Positions 11,370 to 24,411 of a stretch of DNA of 64,000 bases are shown in pieces. Origin of the DNA: Azolla caroliniana (lineage: Eukaryota > Plantae > Polypodiophyta); the NCBI GenBank assembly GCA_043228905.1, contig JBHGNT010000016.1, positions 3,100,001 through 3,164,000 on the forward strand, given 5' to 3'. The notes under the pieces were generated by a model, which made no database searches, had not been told where the DNA came from, and saw only the letters and a program-made list of their open reading frames with translations. Each line of letters begins with the position of its first letter. The stretch's first letter is position 1. The translations under genes were made by a program, and so were the position numbers.

Positions 11370-12007
11370 ACTATAGTTCCTTCCTCGTTTTTATTATTGT
11401 CTTGGTGGTATACAATCTATCTATAGAGGAATGAGGCAGCATCTATATTTTCTGATGGATTTCACACCATTCAATGACTATTTGCGCAAGACTCATTGGT
11501 TCTCGTAGCTTCATTACAACGAATAATGCTTTTTGCATCATAGGTAAGACTCGCATGGTTAAACACTAAGATCAAATCTTTGGTTTAACACTATGTTCTC
11601 CATAGGTTTAGTGTTCTGTATGAGGTATTCTGGGATTCAGTATTAACATAGTCTTATTTAAAAATATCTGTTTTTTATAATTTCAGATTCATGGTTAACA
11701 TCTCCTTATGTTATTCAAAATCAACGTTGGGTTTAGTCTTATCAATTTTCTTCATTTATAACATATTCACCTGACATTCACAGATCTAATCATTGGTTTC
11801 AAATTGGACTATTCAAGGAAAATTGCTGTTCATTGTTAGCGACATCCTTACAAAATATTCCTGATTCGAAGAATTTCAGCATGCGTCATTAATGTTTTCT
11901 GAAATCTGCCTACTTGGGAAAACACTATTCAGATCTGAGAGTTGCAAGATTATATTACAATCCAAAGAGGTAAACCCCAAGTGAAAGTTAATTTTTAAAG
12001 GAGCGTG

Positions 12008-13301
12008 ATGGCCGAGAAGTCCAATAACCTGAATACATGGCCAATATCCAACCTAGAACATAATAAAGTATATGATGTTGATCAAAACATGGGAACACAC
12101 CTTACTGGCTCGGGAACATTTTTTTCCTTGTTCATGCCTCTAGTGGAGAGATATCAAGCTAATAATAGTATTAATTCCATGAATGAATCTCTACCACCCA
12201 AATTTGAGAATTTTGATATGCAAACATCAAATGCATGTCATAAAGATTTTGTCGTATTTGATCATACTGACACCAAAAACACTGTCATACTTCATCCATC
12301 ATGGTTGAATAACTGTACATGTGAATCATCTCTTGGGCCAGAAAGCAATCTAATCGGGAAATGTTTTCTAAATGAGGTAAAGGATTTTAATCAGCAAGTT
12401 AAAGAAGCTATGCCAAGCTTTCATTTCTCATCAGCTTTACGACCAAATTTATCAAGGTTAAATACTGATGACATTGTGCAAGATAGTACAACTATGAGGA
12501 CCAATCTTGCATTCATGCTGAACAGAGGAAAATGTGATATTGGGCATTACCACAATGTTCAGACCAAGGATGAAAGTGAGATTAGTTTGTCATCAGGCAA
12601 TGGAATCCTAAATCAGTTTCATGAAGATACAGAAGAGATAGATGCACTTTTAAGCTCTGATGATGACCTCGGTAGCACTGGGCATTCACCAACTGATGCA
12701 TCTTCATACCGGTATAATGAGGGTGAAGTAAAACATGAAGGAGATAGTCTCATAGGTATAAAGAGGAATCTAGAAAACATGTCTTCAGAGGAAAATGATG
12801 ATGCCGATTCAAAGGAAACTTCTCGATCTCAGAATAAATTCCAGAACTGTTTAGACTTGCGGACTCAAGAAAAGACTTACTACAAAGAGATGTTGAAATC
12901 ATCCTTGCTCAACCAGGTTTGTATCTAAAAACTAACACTTGTTAATGCACTGTATCAATATGAAAAATGGAAATCATTATTTATAAAGAGGACATAAATT
13001 AATGTGAATTTTGTTATCCTTGCTCAACCAGGTTTGTATTGGAAAGAAAAGCTGTTCATCATCGAGTGAAAAAAGCTTAGGAACATTGGGAGGACTAATA
13101 ATGGATCCAAAAAAGAGAACCATGATAGAGTCTTGTGTAAATCAGCTGAGGAATGTTATTCCAGGTGGAAATGGGTTAGATACTGTAGAAGTGTTGACCC
13201 GGACAGTGCAGTATGTGATGTGTTTGGAGGGTAGACTGAGAGACCTAGAAAAACTCAAGGAAATCCAAATCTTACCCAAGGAAACAGCGTGGATGGGTTA
13301 A
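12008..13301 (+). CDS. SACL: SAC51-like (SACL, bHLH142-145 group) transcription factor, exons 12008-12916 and 13032-13301, about 392 aa
   Basis: Family motifs FVVFDHT, HEDTEEIDALLSSDDD..STGHSP and an atypical C-terminal bHLH (IESCVNQLRNVIPGG..DTVEVLTRTVQYVMCL). The two track ORFs join in frame via CAG|GT...CAG. The diagnostic uORF lies upstream. Confidence 0.92.
12901..13039 (+). repeat. Perfect 24-bp direct repeat spanning both splice sites of the SACL coding intron
   Basis: ATCCTTGCTCAACCAGGTTTGTAT at 12901-12924 and 13016-13039. The offset of 115 nt equals the intron length. Confidence 0.95.
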
Positions 13302-13595
13302 ATGAAATATCAAATATTATTGTGCCAAGAATTTAATCTTACCAAGGAAAAAGGGGATGCAGTGGATGAATTAATACACAAGTTAATTGAGGTGTGATGT
13401 GTGGCAATGCTCCACTTAAGATTAATGATGGATTTGCCCACTATTTCAATTACATAGCCGGGACAAATTATGTTTAGAGTTGTTATTATGATGATGACTT
13501 GAATTCTACCAACATGAGCCATTCTGTTGGTATGCCTTTTTAGTTATATTATAAGCTATTATGACTTGGGTGTGGTTCATTCATATTTCCTTTAT

Positions 13596-14170
13596 AACCA
13601 TATGTTTGTTCACTGTTTGAATGGCTTCTTATGTTTCTGATACATAGTTCTCTAATGAACTTTGATATAAGCGTTCATGCTGTATGTTATGGTAGAACTT
13701 ATGTTAAAACAATGGATGGTTTCTGTTAGAACCATATGTTTTTTTCACTGTTTCAATGGTTTCTTATGTTCATGCTGTCTGGTATGGTAGAACTTGTGGT
13801 AAAACAGGTGTTTCTGTGGCTAGCTTAAGCTTAAAATTTTATCACTTTCTGTTATTAAGCAGTATTTATTATATTGGGTATTTCTTTATTATATTTTTAC
13901 AGGCAGATGGCTTGATTTGCACATCAATAATTTCAATTGTCACATATGCAAATATGTACGGTGCTAAAATTTAATCAGAGTTTTGTTATTAGGTGTGCAT
14001 GTTAATAGTTCCAATTGCTTATCATATACTTATAGATGCTGTGCATGACTTATACATTAATTTCAATTGTCATGTACCTAAATATGTAGGATGCTAAAAG
14101 TTTATTGGTGTTATGTTATTATTAGGTAAATATTGGGTGTACATATTAATAGTTCCAATTGTTATTTCTC
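13596..14170. repeat. Two diverged local tandem duplications in the SACL 3' region
   Basis: aaccatatgttt..ttcactgttt.aatgg.ttcttatgtt...tatggtagaactt near 13597 and 13729. aatttcaattgtca...aaatatgta.g.tgctaaaa...ttaatagttccaattg near 13929 and 14059. Confidence 0.75.
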
Positions 14171-15014
14171 TACACAAATACGATGCTGAGTTTTTGTAGT
14201 TCAGATAATATTTACTTGCACACCTTTCTTCTGCATAAGGAGTTTGCAATTACAGTACATATGTGCACAGCCTCAAGTGCTTTTCTGGTTCTGGCTATAT
14301 ATCGATCTTCAACAAGCCTAAAACCAAATATGAATGTTAAACGGTATCTCTGGTTGTCATAATCATGCCATGCATCAGAGCTGCAATAAACACACAAATA
14401 AAGAAGATGAGATATTAAACTCTACGAATAAAACTCTCTTCCTGGTTCTCGACATCTCCAGTTTTGAGAGATGCTTTCAATATCACATAGAAGCTTACAT
14501 ATACATCCATATGTTGCAAGGGAACTACATAAATGGGCTAAAAGACATTAACCATTAGTTCACTGACTTGAAACATTGGTGAAAAAAAGAATCAATTATC
14601 ATAAATAGATTACTGCAGACTTGATTGAAGGACAAAAGTAGAACAAGGCTGCTCAAAGAGAATAACCATAATGTCATGATCAAGGCTACATTGTAGGGTA
14701 GAGTTAGCATAGATAGTAGACGATCAGATATCAGATTGAATACAAAAAAAACAGAGCATCAAATGGTCACGAGTACTGGTATTTCAGAGAAAAAATACTT
14801 CAGAGAGACATTAAATCAGGCAAAGAATAAACAACCTAATACATTAGCACCATTATAATTTACTTGAGAACATCATATTATTCATATAATAATCGTAATT
14901 CACCAAAAGAGTTCTTTGTGGAAAATGGTCTATATTTGTACATAGCATCATATAGCATAAAAAGAAGTAAAAACCCTGCTGTCAATAATGGAGGCACCAT
15001 CTATCTTTTCATCC

Positions 15015-16140
15015 TCAGCGTGCTTCATACTGGACAACTGTTAAAAGACAAAGACATATATTACATAAGAATATAACAAAATGTAGAACACCAATAAATG
15101 TAAACCATATATTGTAACCATACACAGAAATCTGATTCAAATATACAACATAAAAATACAAAAATACACATAAAAAACAAATACTTCTGATTCAATTAGA
15201 TTCTAAAATACATTATTTGCGGGCATATATTAAAAAAAGATGTATCTGATTCATCTGGACAGAAAAAATACACGCTCAATCTATTTACAACAAAAAACGA
15301 TGTATGCAATTCAATTGAAATATAGAACCTTACATTTTTCAGGCATATACACCAAAGCGGATGTAAGACATGTACTGTGGGATATAAGTAACAAAAGCAG
15401 ATGAATATGGTTCATCTAGAAACAAAAAGTTTACATGTTTGCGATACATGCAATGAAAAAGGTTTTATGTGATGAATCTAAATGCCAAAAATGTATATCT
15501 TATTACTGTAGCACAAAAAAGAATGAGAAATTTATTCATATTCAGCAAAAACGTATACACAATCAAGTCATGCACAGCAAAACGCATTCAATTGACTCAT
15601 TTTCGGCAAAATAAGTGAGTCTAAACTATTCATACACAGTAAATACAAAACAAAACTATCATTTAATCAATTCGTGATTCTAGATTACATGTGTTTGGTA
15701 ATAAAAACAAACGAGTAGATGAACTTGATGCATTACACAGAAAAGGCATATGTATTTGAATTCATACACAGTACGAGAATATGAAGCATATTGATATTGA
15801 CCGCAGCATTAAAACAAGAGAGTAAGGATATTGGTTCATATCATACTTCTGCGAGTTCGCTTCTTGTAGAGGATCCGATAGCCGCATTCTCTGCACTGTA
15901 TAACATCCCCAGGCTTAAGGGCATTGTCCGCCCCACAATCTGGCAAATTACAATTTGTGAGTAAACAGGAAACAGCTTAGATACCTAAAAAGCAAAGAGA
16001 TGAGAAACAAACAAATATGTAAGCGACGAATGATGAGGCTAGTTAGACGGGGGAGATTCCTTGTGTTCATAAGACGGGGAGAAATTACCTCCACAGAGAT
16101 AGGAAACAGGTTCAGGAGGAGGCTGCGAGAGTCCATCCAT
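15015..16140 (-). CDS. NRPB12: DNA-directed RNA polymerase common subunit 12 (RPB12/RPABC4), 55 aa, exons 16140-16089, 15939-15847, 15037-15015
   Basis: Spliced peptide MDGLSQPPPEPVSYLCGDCGADNALKPGDVIQCRECGYRILYKKRTRRIVQYEAR* with a CxxC...CxxC zinc ribbon. Canonical GT-AG introns. Confidence 0.96.
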
Positions 16141-18641
16141 CTCGTTTCTGTCCTTCTGCGAAACCCTGATTGTTAATCGGTCTGTTTCCCGCCTCCTGTT
16201 TTTTCTGCTAAACCCTAAAATTATCCAAGGAATGCCAAACTTATAGAGCTCGATGGGGTCATATGTGTAAATAAAGAAAACCGCAGGGCTAGTTTTGTCC
16301 ATTCCGTTCTTTTCTTTTCAAATCAAATCCCTTGTTCACCTTCACGGTATGTACATAATTACATGACTACGAATGAGCGTGAGCACGGAGCGGGACCAAA
16401 CTTGAAAATCGGCTTTGGCACTTGTCTCTTTGGGGTCTCATCGTTGTACTCCATCGGTGGGTAAACTCTCTATCGGTCGTGCTCCTGATTTGTCTATTGA
16501 AAACGATTACGATTGGGGATAAGTTTATGTGTTGGAAGCCGAATGTTTGCGCTTTTCACTTTGGAATTGGAAGCAATTTGATCAACAATGGCTTTGATGG
16601 TTTCTTATTATTTACCTTTGGTGTCATGGCTAGAAAATGCTATTGATGACGTCTCATTGATGATGTGATGCATGTTATGGGATAGGAAGGACAAATTAGT
16701 AATATATTGGTAGTGCGGTGTCATATATGTACCACACCATGGAGGAGACTTGGTGGGTTGATTTATTAGAATCACACCATGAGCATGTGGTGCCCTAAAG
16801 ACATTCTTCCTTGATTGCTATGTTTGGTGACAATCATCCCTAGACAAAAATGGTAAAGTTCTATATTGAGAAAGTTCGCACAAGATAGCCATCAAGGCAA
16901 ACCGTCACTTCGTGGTGGTGAAGTTCATTTCAAGAGACAACTTAAAGGTACAAGATCTAAGATAAACTATAATTCGGTGGCTTTTTCACAATGTTCTTTG
17001 GGGGTTCATTCCATGGGGTCTTCCCATGCTTTGTAGAAAGAGGTGTTAGCAACATCAAGATTGTCGAAACTTGGCATGGGAGAGTACACACTTTGTTTTC
17101 AGATTAAAGATCAACTAGAAAGACTAGGTTATGTTTTAATTATAGTGCAAGATAAAATGTTGGGGGAGTAAGGATGAGGTTCATATTGCTAGAAATTATC
17201 GAAGCGTTTTAGAGATAAGTTATGACAAATGCCAATTTCAAAACGTCTAATTTGAAGCTTGCTAGAAACTTCATTTGAAGACGATTATGCATGTGAAGGA
17301 GGTAAGAGCACGATTAATATAAGGACTAATGATGTCCATCACAACATAATTAATATGCATGTACCGATGAGATAGAGTGTCAAAAGTATGGGATTTATGG
17401 TGGTAAGACGTGGTTGAAAGAGGGGTGGCACTCTCATCTTTCTTTTAAATAGAAGTTTATAAATGTGTTGCATGGTTTTCTTTTCTAGGTGTTTCTAATG
17501 GACCACTATCACTTCAATTTTGACATAATTAGTGTAATTGGAAGAAGTTAACATTTAGTGGACAACCTCCCCTCCAATTTATATGTGCAAAGGAAGGTTG
17601 AATGGGTGGATGTTTTGGTGATTAGTTGCAGGAAAATTCAAGTACATTGCATGAAGAGGAATTGTGTGTAATTTGGCTGGCCACCATATCCGTCAAAATA
17701 GTGCATTTAGTGGTATGACCTTGGCTGGGTTAAACTATTGGCGACCTTATTTGCATTGTATTCTATTGTGTATTTAAGGTTAGACTTTTACTGTTAAAAA
17801 TTGAATAACGAGATCAGGTTTGCAATATAAAGTTTGGCATGGCGTGAAATCTGTTTTTAGAATACCACTTCTAATTAGAGAACGTGTGTTAAACAATAAG
17901 TCAAGTCATAATATTCAGTGCTCTATTTGTCCAGCATTCATGGTGAAGAAAATTGTATGTTTCCAAAATAAGAAATATCCTTCCATGAATATCATTGACT
18001 TTGTGTAGTGATAAACGCAACAAGTATAATGAAACATAATTGAATTAAATCAATCTTTGCCATGTAAGTAGATTAATATTGGTCTAGTATAACATGTTCA
18101 TACATCTATTTATAACATTCCAACAAAACATTATAGTACACCATCATGTTATTATGCACATAAGGGCAATGATACAAAATTTCCAATCGGAATTATCACC
18201 ACCAAGTCTGCCAAAGTGCTTAGCAGCATCATATCACTGGTGGTTGTTTTAGTTTTATCCTTCTCAAAATAGGTGATTTATATCTGGAAGAGAGTTTCTG
18301 AGTAATATTCTGAGCTTATTATCTTTCTAAAAGCTTCAAGAGCACTAAAAACGGCCAACAAAATTGAAGTATGAAATTAATAGATCACCTCAAGCAATGA
18401 CACAGTGAGAGGAATTGGGTACTGTGGTGCACAAAATTTACGGTAACCAAAGATGGAAGCACAAAACAGTCCCAAAATTCATCTCATAACATTAATAATA
18501 GCCATACCAGATGGTTTAAAAAACCTAATAGCCATTACCAGTCAACCACACAAAACGGATGACAACGCATACAGGTAGACATCATTTTGGTGACTGTGAG
18601 GGATCTCATAAAGAAATGAACCTTCTTTGCAGTTAATTGCA

Positions 18642-21600
18642 TCATAATTCCTCATGAATCTTTGGCTCTAGTTGTGGTGGCATTTCATAACCAGAGGGAT
18701 ATTTGTCAAAACAAATATTGGCATCTGATATCTCTTCAATTGTTTTACTTTCTTCGGTTTCTGGAAGATGTTCAGATGGTAAAACTATGTCTATTTTACT
18801 TAACACATCTGTGTCTATTTGTGGCAATTGGTTAACAGAAATAGAAGATGACGCTTCATGTGATTTGAGTCCTCCATAGGCCACCTGACTTGTTCTCATT
18901 CTGAAGATCCCAATCCGTTGATTAAAAATGTATGTAACAACAAGGCTGAATATTATAAAGCCAAGAGCAATAATAATCCTGCATCCACATATGTACAAAA
19001 GAATCAGACAATCACAGATTCACATGCACCAACTTCCATTAAGATATTTTTTGTGCCAGACGATTTATATCAGAAAGAAGGAATATGTATGCTCACATAC
19101 CTTGTGAATTCAAAAAGCCATCATTTGAGAATTATCAAAGTTTTCAAGACCAAAGTTTATAGTACCTATATCTTTCTCCAGGCAAACACATTGCCAAAGG
19201 AAGATTCAGACTGAAGAACTATCTATAGGAGGGCCGAAGACAAGTTGGAAGAATGGTATCAGAAGCAATAGGAAGTCCTCAACAGAAAGACTGATCAATC
19301 CAGGTTCGCACTTATAAACATGGAAGTTCACATACCAGAATCTTTGATCTCTAAAGATCAGAACCTAGCAGCTTAGAGGATGTTGATGAACATTGACATA
19401 ACGACCTATGACATCATCAACTGCTGTCTCTGCAACAAACTGATCTTTGAAGTACACATATCAGGTTTGATACAGTCACATAGACAAGGTAGGTACAGGA
19501 AATGCAAGATGCATACAAGGTAGTGAGCTCCGACAAAACCCCCTTCCACCTTCGGAAAGAAATTGGGAGTGTTAGGTCTAGATTGTAAACTATTACATTT
19601 GTGAGTTTTCTCAACATACCAGGCTCAGCAACTTTCAGTGCCATCTACACATTTATTTGAAGATATCAAATAAAAAAATAAAGGTGTCATTAGCAAGTGC
19701 TTAAGTCAGAAGGAAATTTACAATAAATAAGCCATAAACTTAGTACATCCCTGCAACTTCCTCCCCGAATTTCCACTCCTAAACTATCACAATACTCATG
19801 CTGTTCAAATTCAAAGGATTGATGAGACTTCACCATAGTCATTCCTTACCAGATCAAAAGTGAATCCATTATACTAAGTCAATGAGAACTACATGATAAT
19901 AGATTCTGGATATATGTAAAAATTCATATGCTCATGTCAATGTATTATCTAGATGCTATCCCTTCAGCCATTGTGTTTCTATTAAGGACTTAATTCAGTG
20001 TTAACTCTACATTTTACCTGTCAGCAATGTCTTGCCGTTTTAAGATTGATAGCAATCCCCTGGTGGTAGTCAACAATGTGTGCTGGCCTTTGTATTCAGA
20101 ATCTGCTTTTCTCAAGGTTGTGGTGGACTCATCTAGAATTCAATCAACTATGTTCATTAAGTTCATCCACACTACAAAATTTCCTGATAAGCAATTATCA
20201 CTGTATTTACCTAATGTAGCAAGTGTGCCAGCACTCCTTTCAACCTCCTGTAAAGATAGAACTACACAAAAATGAGAAAGGTATGATGACCTTCTACCCT
20301 GTGTATTATCCGAGTATGCATGCATATAAAATTGTTTTATAATTATGTATACATATGTATATGCAAGGATAAAGTTTAGAGTTACCTGTATCATCATTTG
20401 TCTAGTTCTTCGAAGAGATTCTGTAACACTTTCTGCAGCAGCTGACATGCCTGCTTGGGTTCTTGCATCAACCGAAAGAAGATAATATATTAGTTAATAC
20501 ATTCATCCTAAAAGTATGATTTGACTGGATGTAAGCACAAAGGTCTCACTGTAAGTTGCGCCGCAATTTGGTTGATTCCTCCCCGCCACCAAGAAGAAGC
20601 TCTCTCTGTTTCATTCCAATAACGGATAAGATGATATTGAAAAACGGAAAGGGATCTCATGGTTGTAAAATTATTTATGTCTAACCTCCTGCTTTGCTGC
20701 CATCTGAATGTTAGCTTTTGCTTGGAGGTTTGCCGCCCTCAAGGTTGAGTGCAAACTGTTAGTAGAAATATCTTGCCTCTGTGAAAGTTTTCATTAAATA
20801 TAAAGGAATAGTTATTCCCAATAATCTGAAGTCGGCCATATGGCATACCTTTGGTATTCTCTTTTCCATTCCTCAAGGATCTTTAAGCATTCATCTTTCT
20901 CTTCAACACTGTGTCCCATCAGGAGCAACAGTAAATACAAAGAGAAATTCAAAATGATTGAAGATAAATCTACGTAAAGTATAAAATATAGAAACTAAAT
21001 CAAAGACCATTAATTTTGAGGACAAACGTCCATTCTTTGTCCAATCATAGGAAAACTGAGTCTCCCCAGATTCATCTTCAATCAAAGACCAGTTATGAGA
21101 TTGAGCAGCATTTACTAACTTCAACCTTAAAGAATCTATTAACTGCTAAGAAACTGTATTTCAAGTTTCAGCTCAGAACACAAGCATTGGATCATTTAAT
21201 TTATTTTCCATTCCACGCTCTTTAAGGTCGACCCACATTACACCTCAAAACTTGTTTCAAAAAGCAAAATGGTTCATCTATATTTGGCAAGGCTTTTCTA
21301 GTCAAAAGTTTATGATAAGATATTATGTGCTCAATATCTAGAGAAGATGAAAACTGATGTTTAAAAACAGATAATTTATTACAAGCTTTTATTTGATCCA
21401 GTCCCTCAAAATAAGAGAGAGTTTGGTTTACTTGCAGAATAATACACTGTAACACAAATATACTTTCCTTAATATTATTCAGAACCATATATTTTTAAAA
21501 CACATCCAGTTTAATGTAGATCAACATAAAACAACCTCTTATGCGTGATTAATCCTACTTGTTAAACCATTGTGGAAATGTGCATAGCATATATGCAAAA

Positions 21601-23028
21601 TGTAAATGCTAAGTTCATCTCGGGTATCTGAAAGTGCCCTGGAAACGATCACAGGCAATAGTGAAGCACCCTGGCATTGTAAGAAATCTACCATGATCAA
21701 ATCAAAATTTCTACCTCGTCCATTGACCTTCCAATATTCATAAACACATACATTTTAGTCACGAGAATGCAGAGTTACACCATATCTTCCCATGCAGGAG
21801 AGGCAAAGGGTATAAGGATAATGAATTCTTATAAACACATCATGTGGACATTGTTTAAACTGCTAATATGGGACGGAGCAGTCTGAAATGACCAGAGAAG
21901 CAAGAAGGTCTCCACAAAAATAACCAACTTCACCAAAAGATTGTTATAAATGTATTCAAATTTCAGCTATTTCCTAACTTCTCGATCTATCCTACAATTC
22001 AAGTCTTGTGTAATATATATATGCCTTATCCCACTTACTGTGCCCCAGTAATTACACCCCATTCTGTATTCCCATCTCCATGTGACTATGACAGGCATAT
22101 ATATAAATCACTTCAGAGGTTATCATGCACATATTACGAGTGAACACCATTTTGTATCTCTAGGATCATTCAATCAGGCATAATTTCTCTATTTCTAGTA
22201 GTGTGGACATGCAGATCAAGTTTAGTCAGCATCTGTAGAGAAAGAGGGGAGGAATTTTGAATTTTTCGTTGCCTTTGTTTCCTTTTTCTTAAAATCTTGT
22301 GTTTTGCAGTCAAAGGTAAAGAAAAGAAAAATGAAACGTACATATTGCAACATAAACATCGTCAAGAATAAATTTCTAATTTTATCTGGAAGTGTTTGTG
22401 TTATGAGTTGGAAAATAAAATGGACAGGTTATAGAATAAACAGTGTTGTGAAGGAATTTCTACTTGCATTGACGAATTATATAATTCTAATCCTCAAAGT
22501 TTGTGTTTAATGTTTTGTGTCTAGATTGCAAACGAAAGGGAGGGGAGTGTACATATTATAGCACAAAATAGCTGTGATAAAATGTAACGAAAATGAAAAA
22601 CAAAATGCAAAGCTTATGGCATGTATAAGCGTGTTGAAATATATATTTTGTTACATGTACCGGAAGTTCAGGAAATAAAGAAAAACTTGCGGATTTTAGA
22701 GTTTCTCCCGAGCATAAAACATGATCAACAATATGACAAAATGTCAACTTCGTTTCTGACTCTGTGCGCGAGCGCGTGTGTGTGAATTGGCATAAAGAAA
22801 AAAGGAATCAAACCTGATGAGCTGCAGGGAGAGAATCTCGAACTGCCGTTGAAGAGATCGCAGAGAAGAGAGGGAATCCTGTGCGAGAGCGTTGAGGCGA
22901 GGGAGAGAAACAGAATTATCTCCTGAAATGGAACGTAAGGATTGAGCATGAGCAGAAGAAGCTTCGCAAGAAGCCTTCCATCGATCCTTTAGATCGGAGA
23001 GGGCTTCAGACACCTCGTCGATCGCCAT
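18642..23028 (-). CDS. SEC20: SEC20 / BNIP1-like ER SNARE, 8 coding exons
   Basis: Exons give SLPRLNALAQDSL, LRAANLQAKANIQ, RELLLGGGEES, AESVTESLRRTRQMMIQ/EVERS and DESTTTLRKADSEYKG, then a TM helix (IIIALGFIIFSLVVTYIF) and a C-terminal HEEL ER-retrieval motif. Confidence 0.93.
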
Positions 23029-24411
23029 AGCTGTCTGTGTCTGCGCTTTCTTAATTGAATGAGAGCATGAAGAAGCAAGACGAAAAGAAAATGGGAGTTT
23101 AACGAAAATGCCCCTCGACCGTTTTCCTTAATTTCCAGAATACCCCTGTATCTTTCATACATAATTCCCAAATACCCCTCGTTTTTTCCCTAACCGGCTA
23201 AAAACCCCACCCCTTAAACACATGTAGTAAATGTCCATGATGCTAGTTAGGTCCACATGTGTAAATTGCATGACTATGTATATATATCTAGACTCCCTTG
23301 CATGTAAGCAATTCAAATAAGAACATGTAGTCAATGTCAATTTTCAAGCTCAAGGATCACTGCTAGTAGAAGTTCACACAACCCCTTCCCCCGGACGCCT
23401 CTTGCACACCAAATGAAAGCTCAAAAGTGTTAGGTCTTCAAACATATTCGAAGAGGGAATACCCATACAATTCCATTGTATATAGATATATAAGTTTTTA
23501 ATGTCCAAGGGAGGCCATTTGTGATCTATGAAACAAGGCATAGCCAAGGGCAAGGATTGAAGATTGATTCTCCCAAATTTTGCGAATTTGATGCTACCAT
23601 GTAAATCAACAACTAGCCTATTAACAACCAAAGAGAGTGGTTAATTTGAAGGGAGAAGAAAACTAGTCGAGCCGACCACACCTATCAAGGGAGCAACTAA
23701 AAAACCCTTGCTCTCACTCTTGGACACATTGGGGCAGGGCCTTTGCACGAGCTCACAAATGTACATGTCGGGCGACTCTACGCTTGGAAAGCATACATAT
23801 ATGTACATGCATGCTAAAAAAAAACCCCAACCCAAGAACCTACAAAAAAAAATGGAGGTCAAATAGAGCGCAGGGGTATATTGGGAGATTAAAGGAAAAA
23901 TTGGAAGGGGGGTAATTTATATATACTTAATGTATTATTATTATATGTACACATAAAGAAAGAAAGAAAGAAAGAAAGAAAGAACGATTTATTAACGTCT
24001 TCTAAGACCAAAATTGGCCCAAAATAAATATATCTTATAAAGTTATATGTACTAAATATAAAAGGCCTGTAAATACTGTAAATAAATGGAATACATAGAT
24101 AACCGACCAAGTAAATACATAAATACATAAAATATATAAAATAAATACATAGATACATAAAATAAATACATAAATACATAAATACATAAATACATAAATA
24201 CATAAATACATAAATACATAAATACATAAATACATAAATACATAAATACATAAATACATAATATATATATAATATATAAAATACATAAATACAATAGTAT
24301 TATTAGAAGGCATTTTAAACAAGAAAGGAGCACAGCCGTCTCTCGTTTCCCTGAGAAAGAAAGAGAGAGAGAGAGAGAGAGCGGCAGCGACAGAAGGGAG
24401 CTTCGACAGCG
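23029..24411. promoter_or_regulatory. Divergent intergenic region (about 1.4 kb ATG to ATG) between SEC20 and SPY
   Basis: Head-to-head start codons, a GGCCCA site-II motif near 24016 and a GA-repeat just before the SPY ATG. Confidence 0.6.
24112..24292. repeat. (TAAATACA)n octamer tandem array
   Basis: More than 10 consecutive perfect units with degenerate flanking units. It explains the spurious MYLCIYVF ORFs. Confidence 0.95.

Noticed and set aside
16700-17760. Possible decayed LINE between NRPB12 and SEC20
   Set aside because: The texture is TE-like, but I could not recover a convincing motif.
19355-19425. C/D-box snoRNA candidate in a SEC20 intron (TGATGA...CTGA on the minus strand)
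   Set aside because: No terminal stem and no rRNA-complementary guide that I could recognise; such short boxes occur by chance.
22014-22105. MITE-like inverted termini tatatatgcct...aggcatatata
   Set aside because: Only 11 bp, mostly TA repeat; expected by chance in AT-rich DNA.
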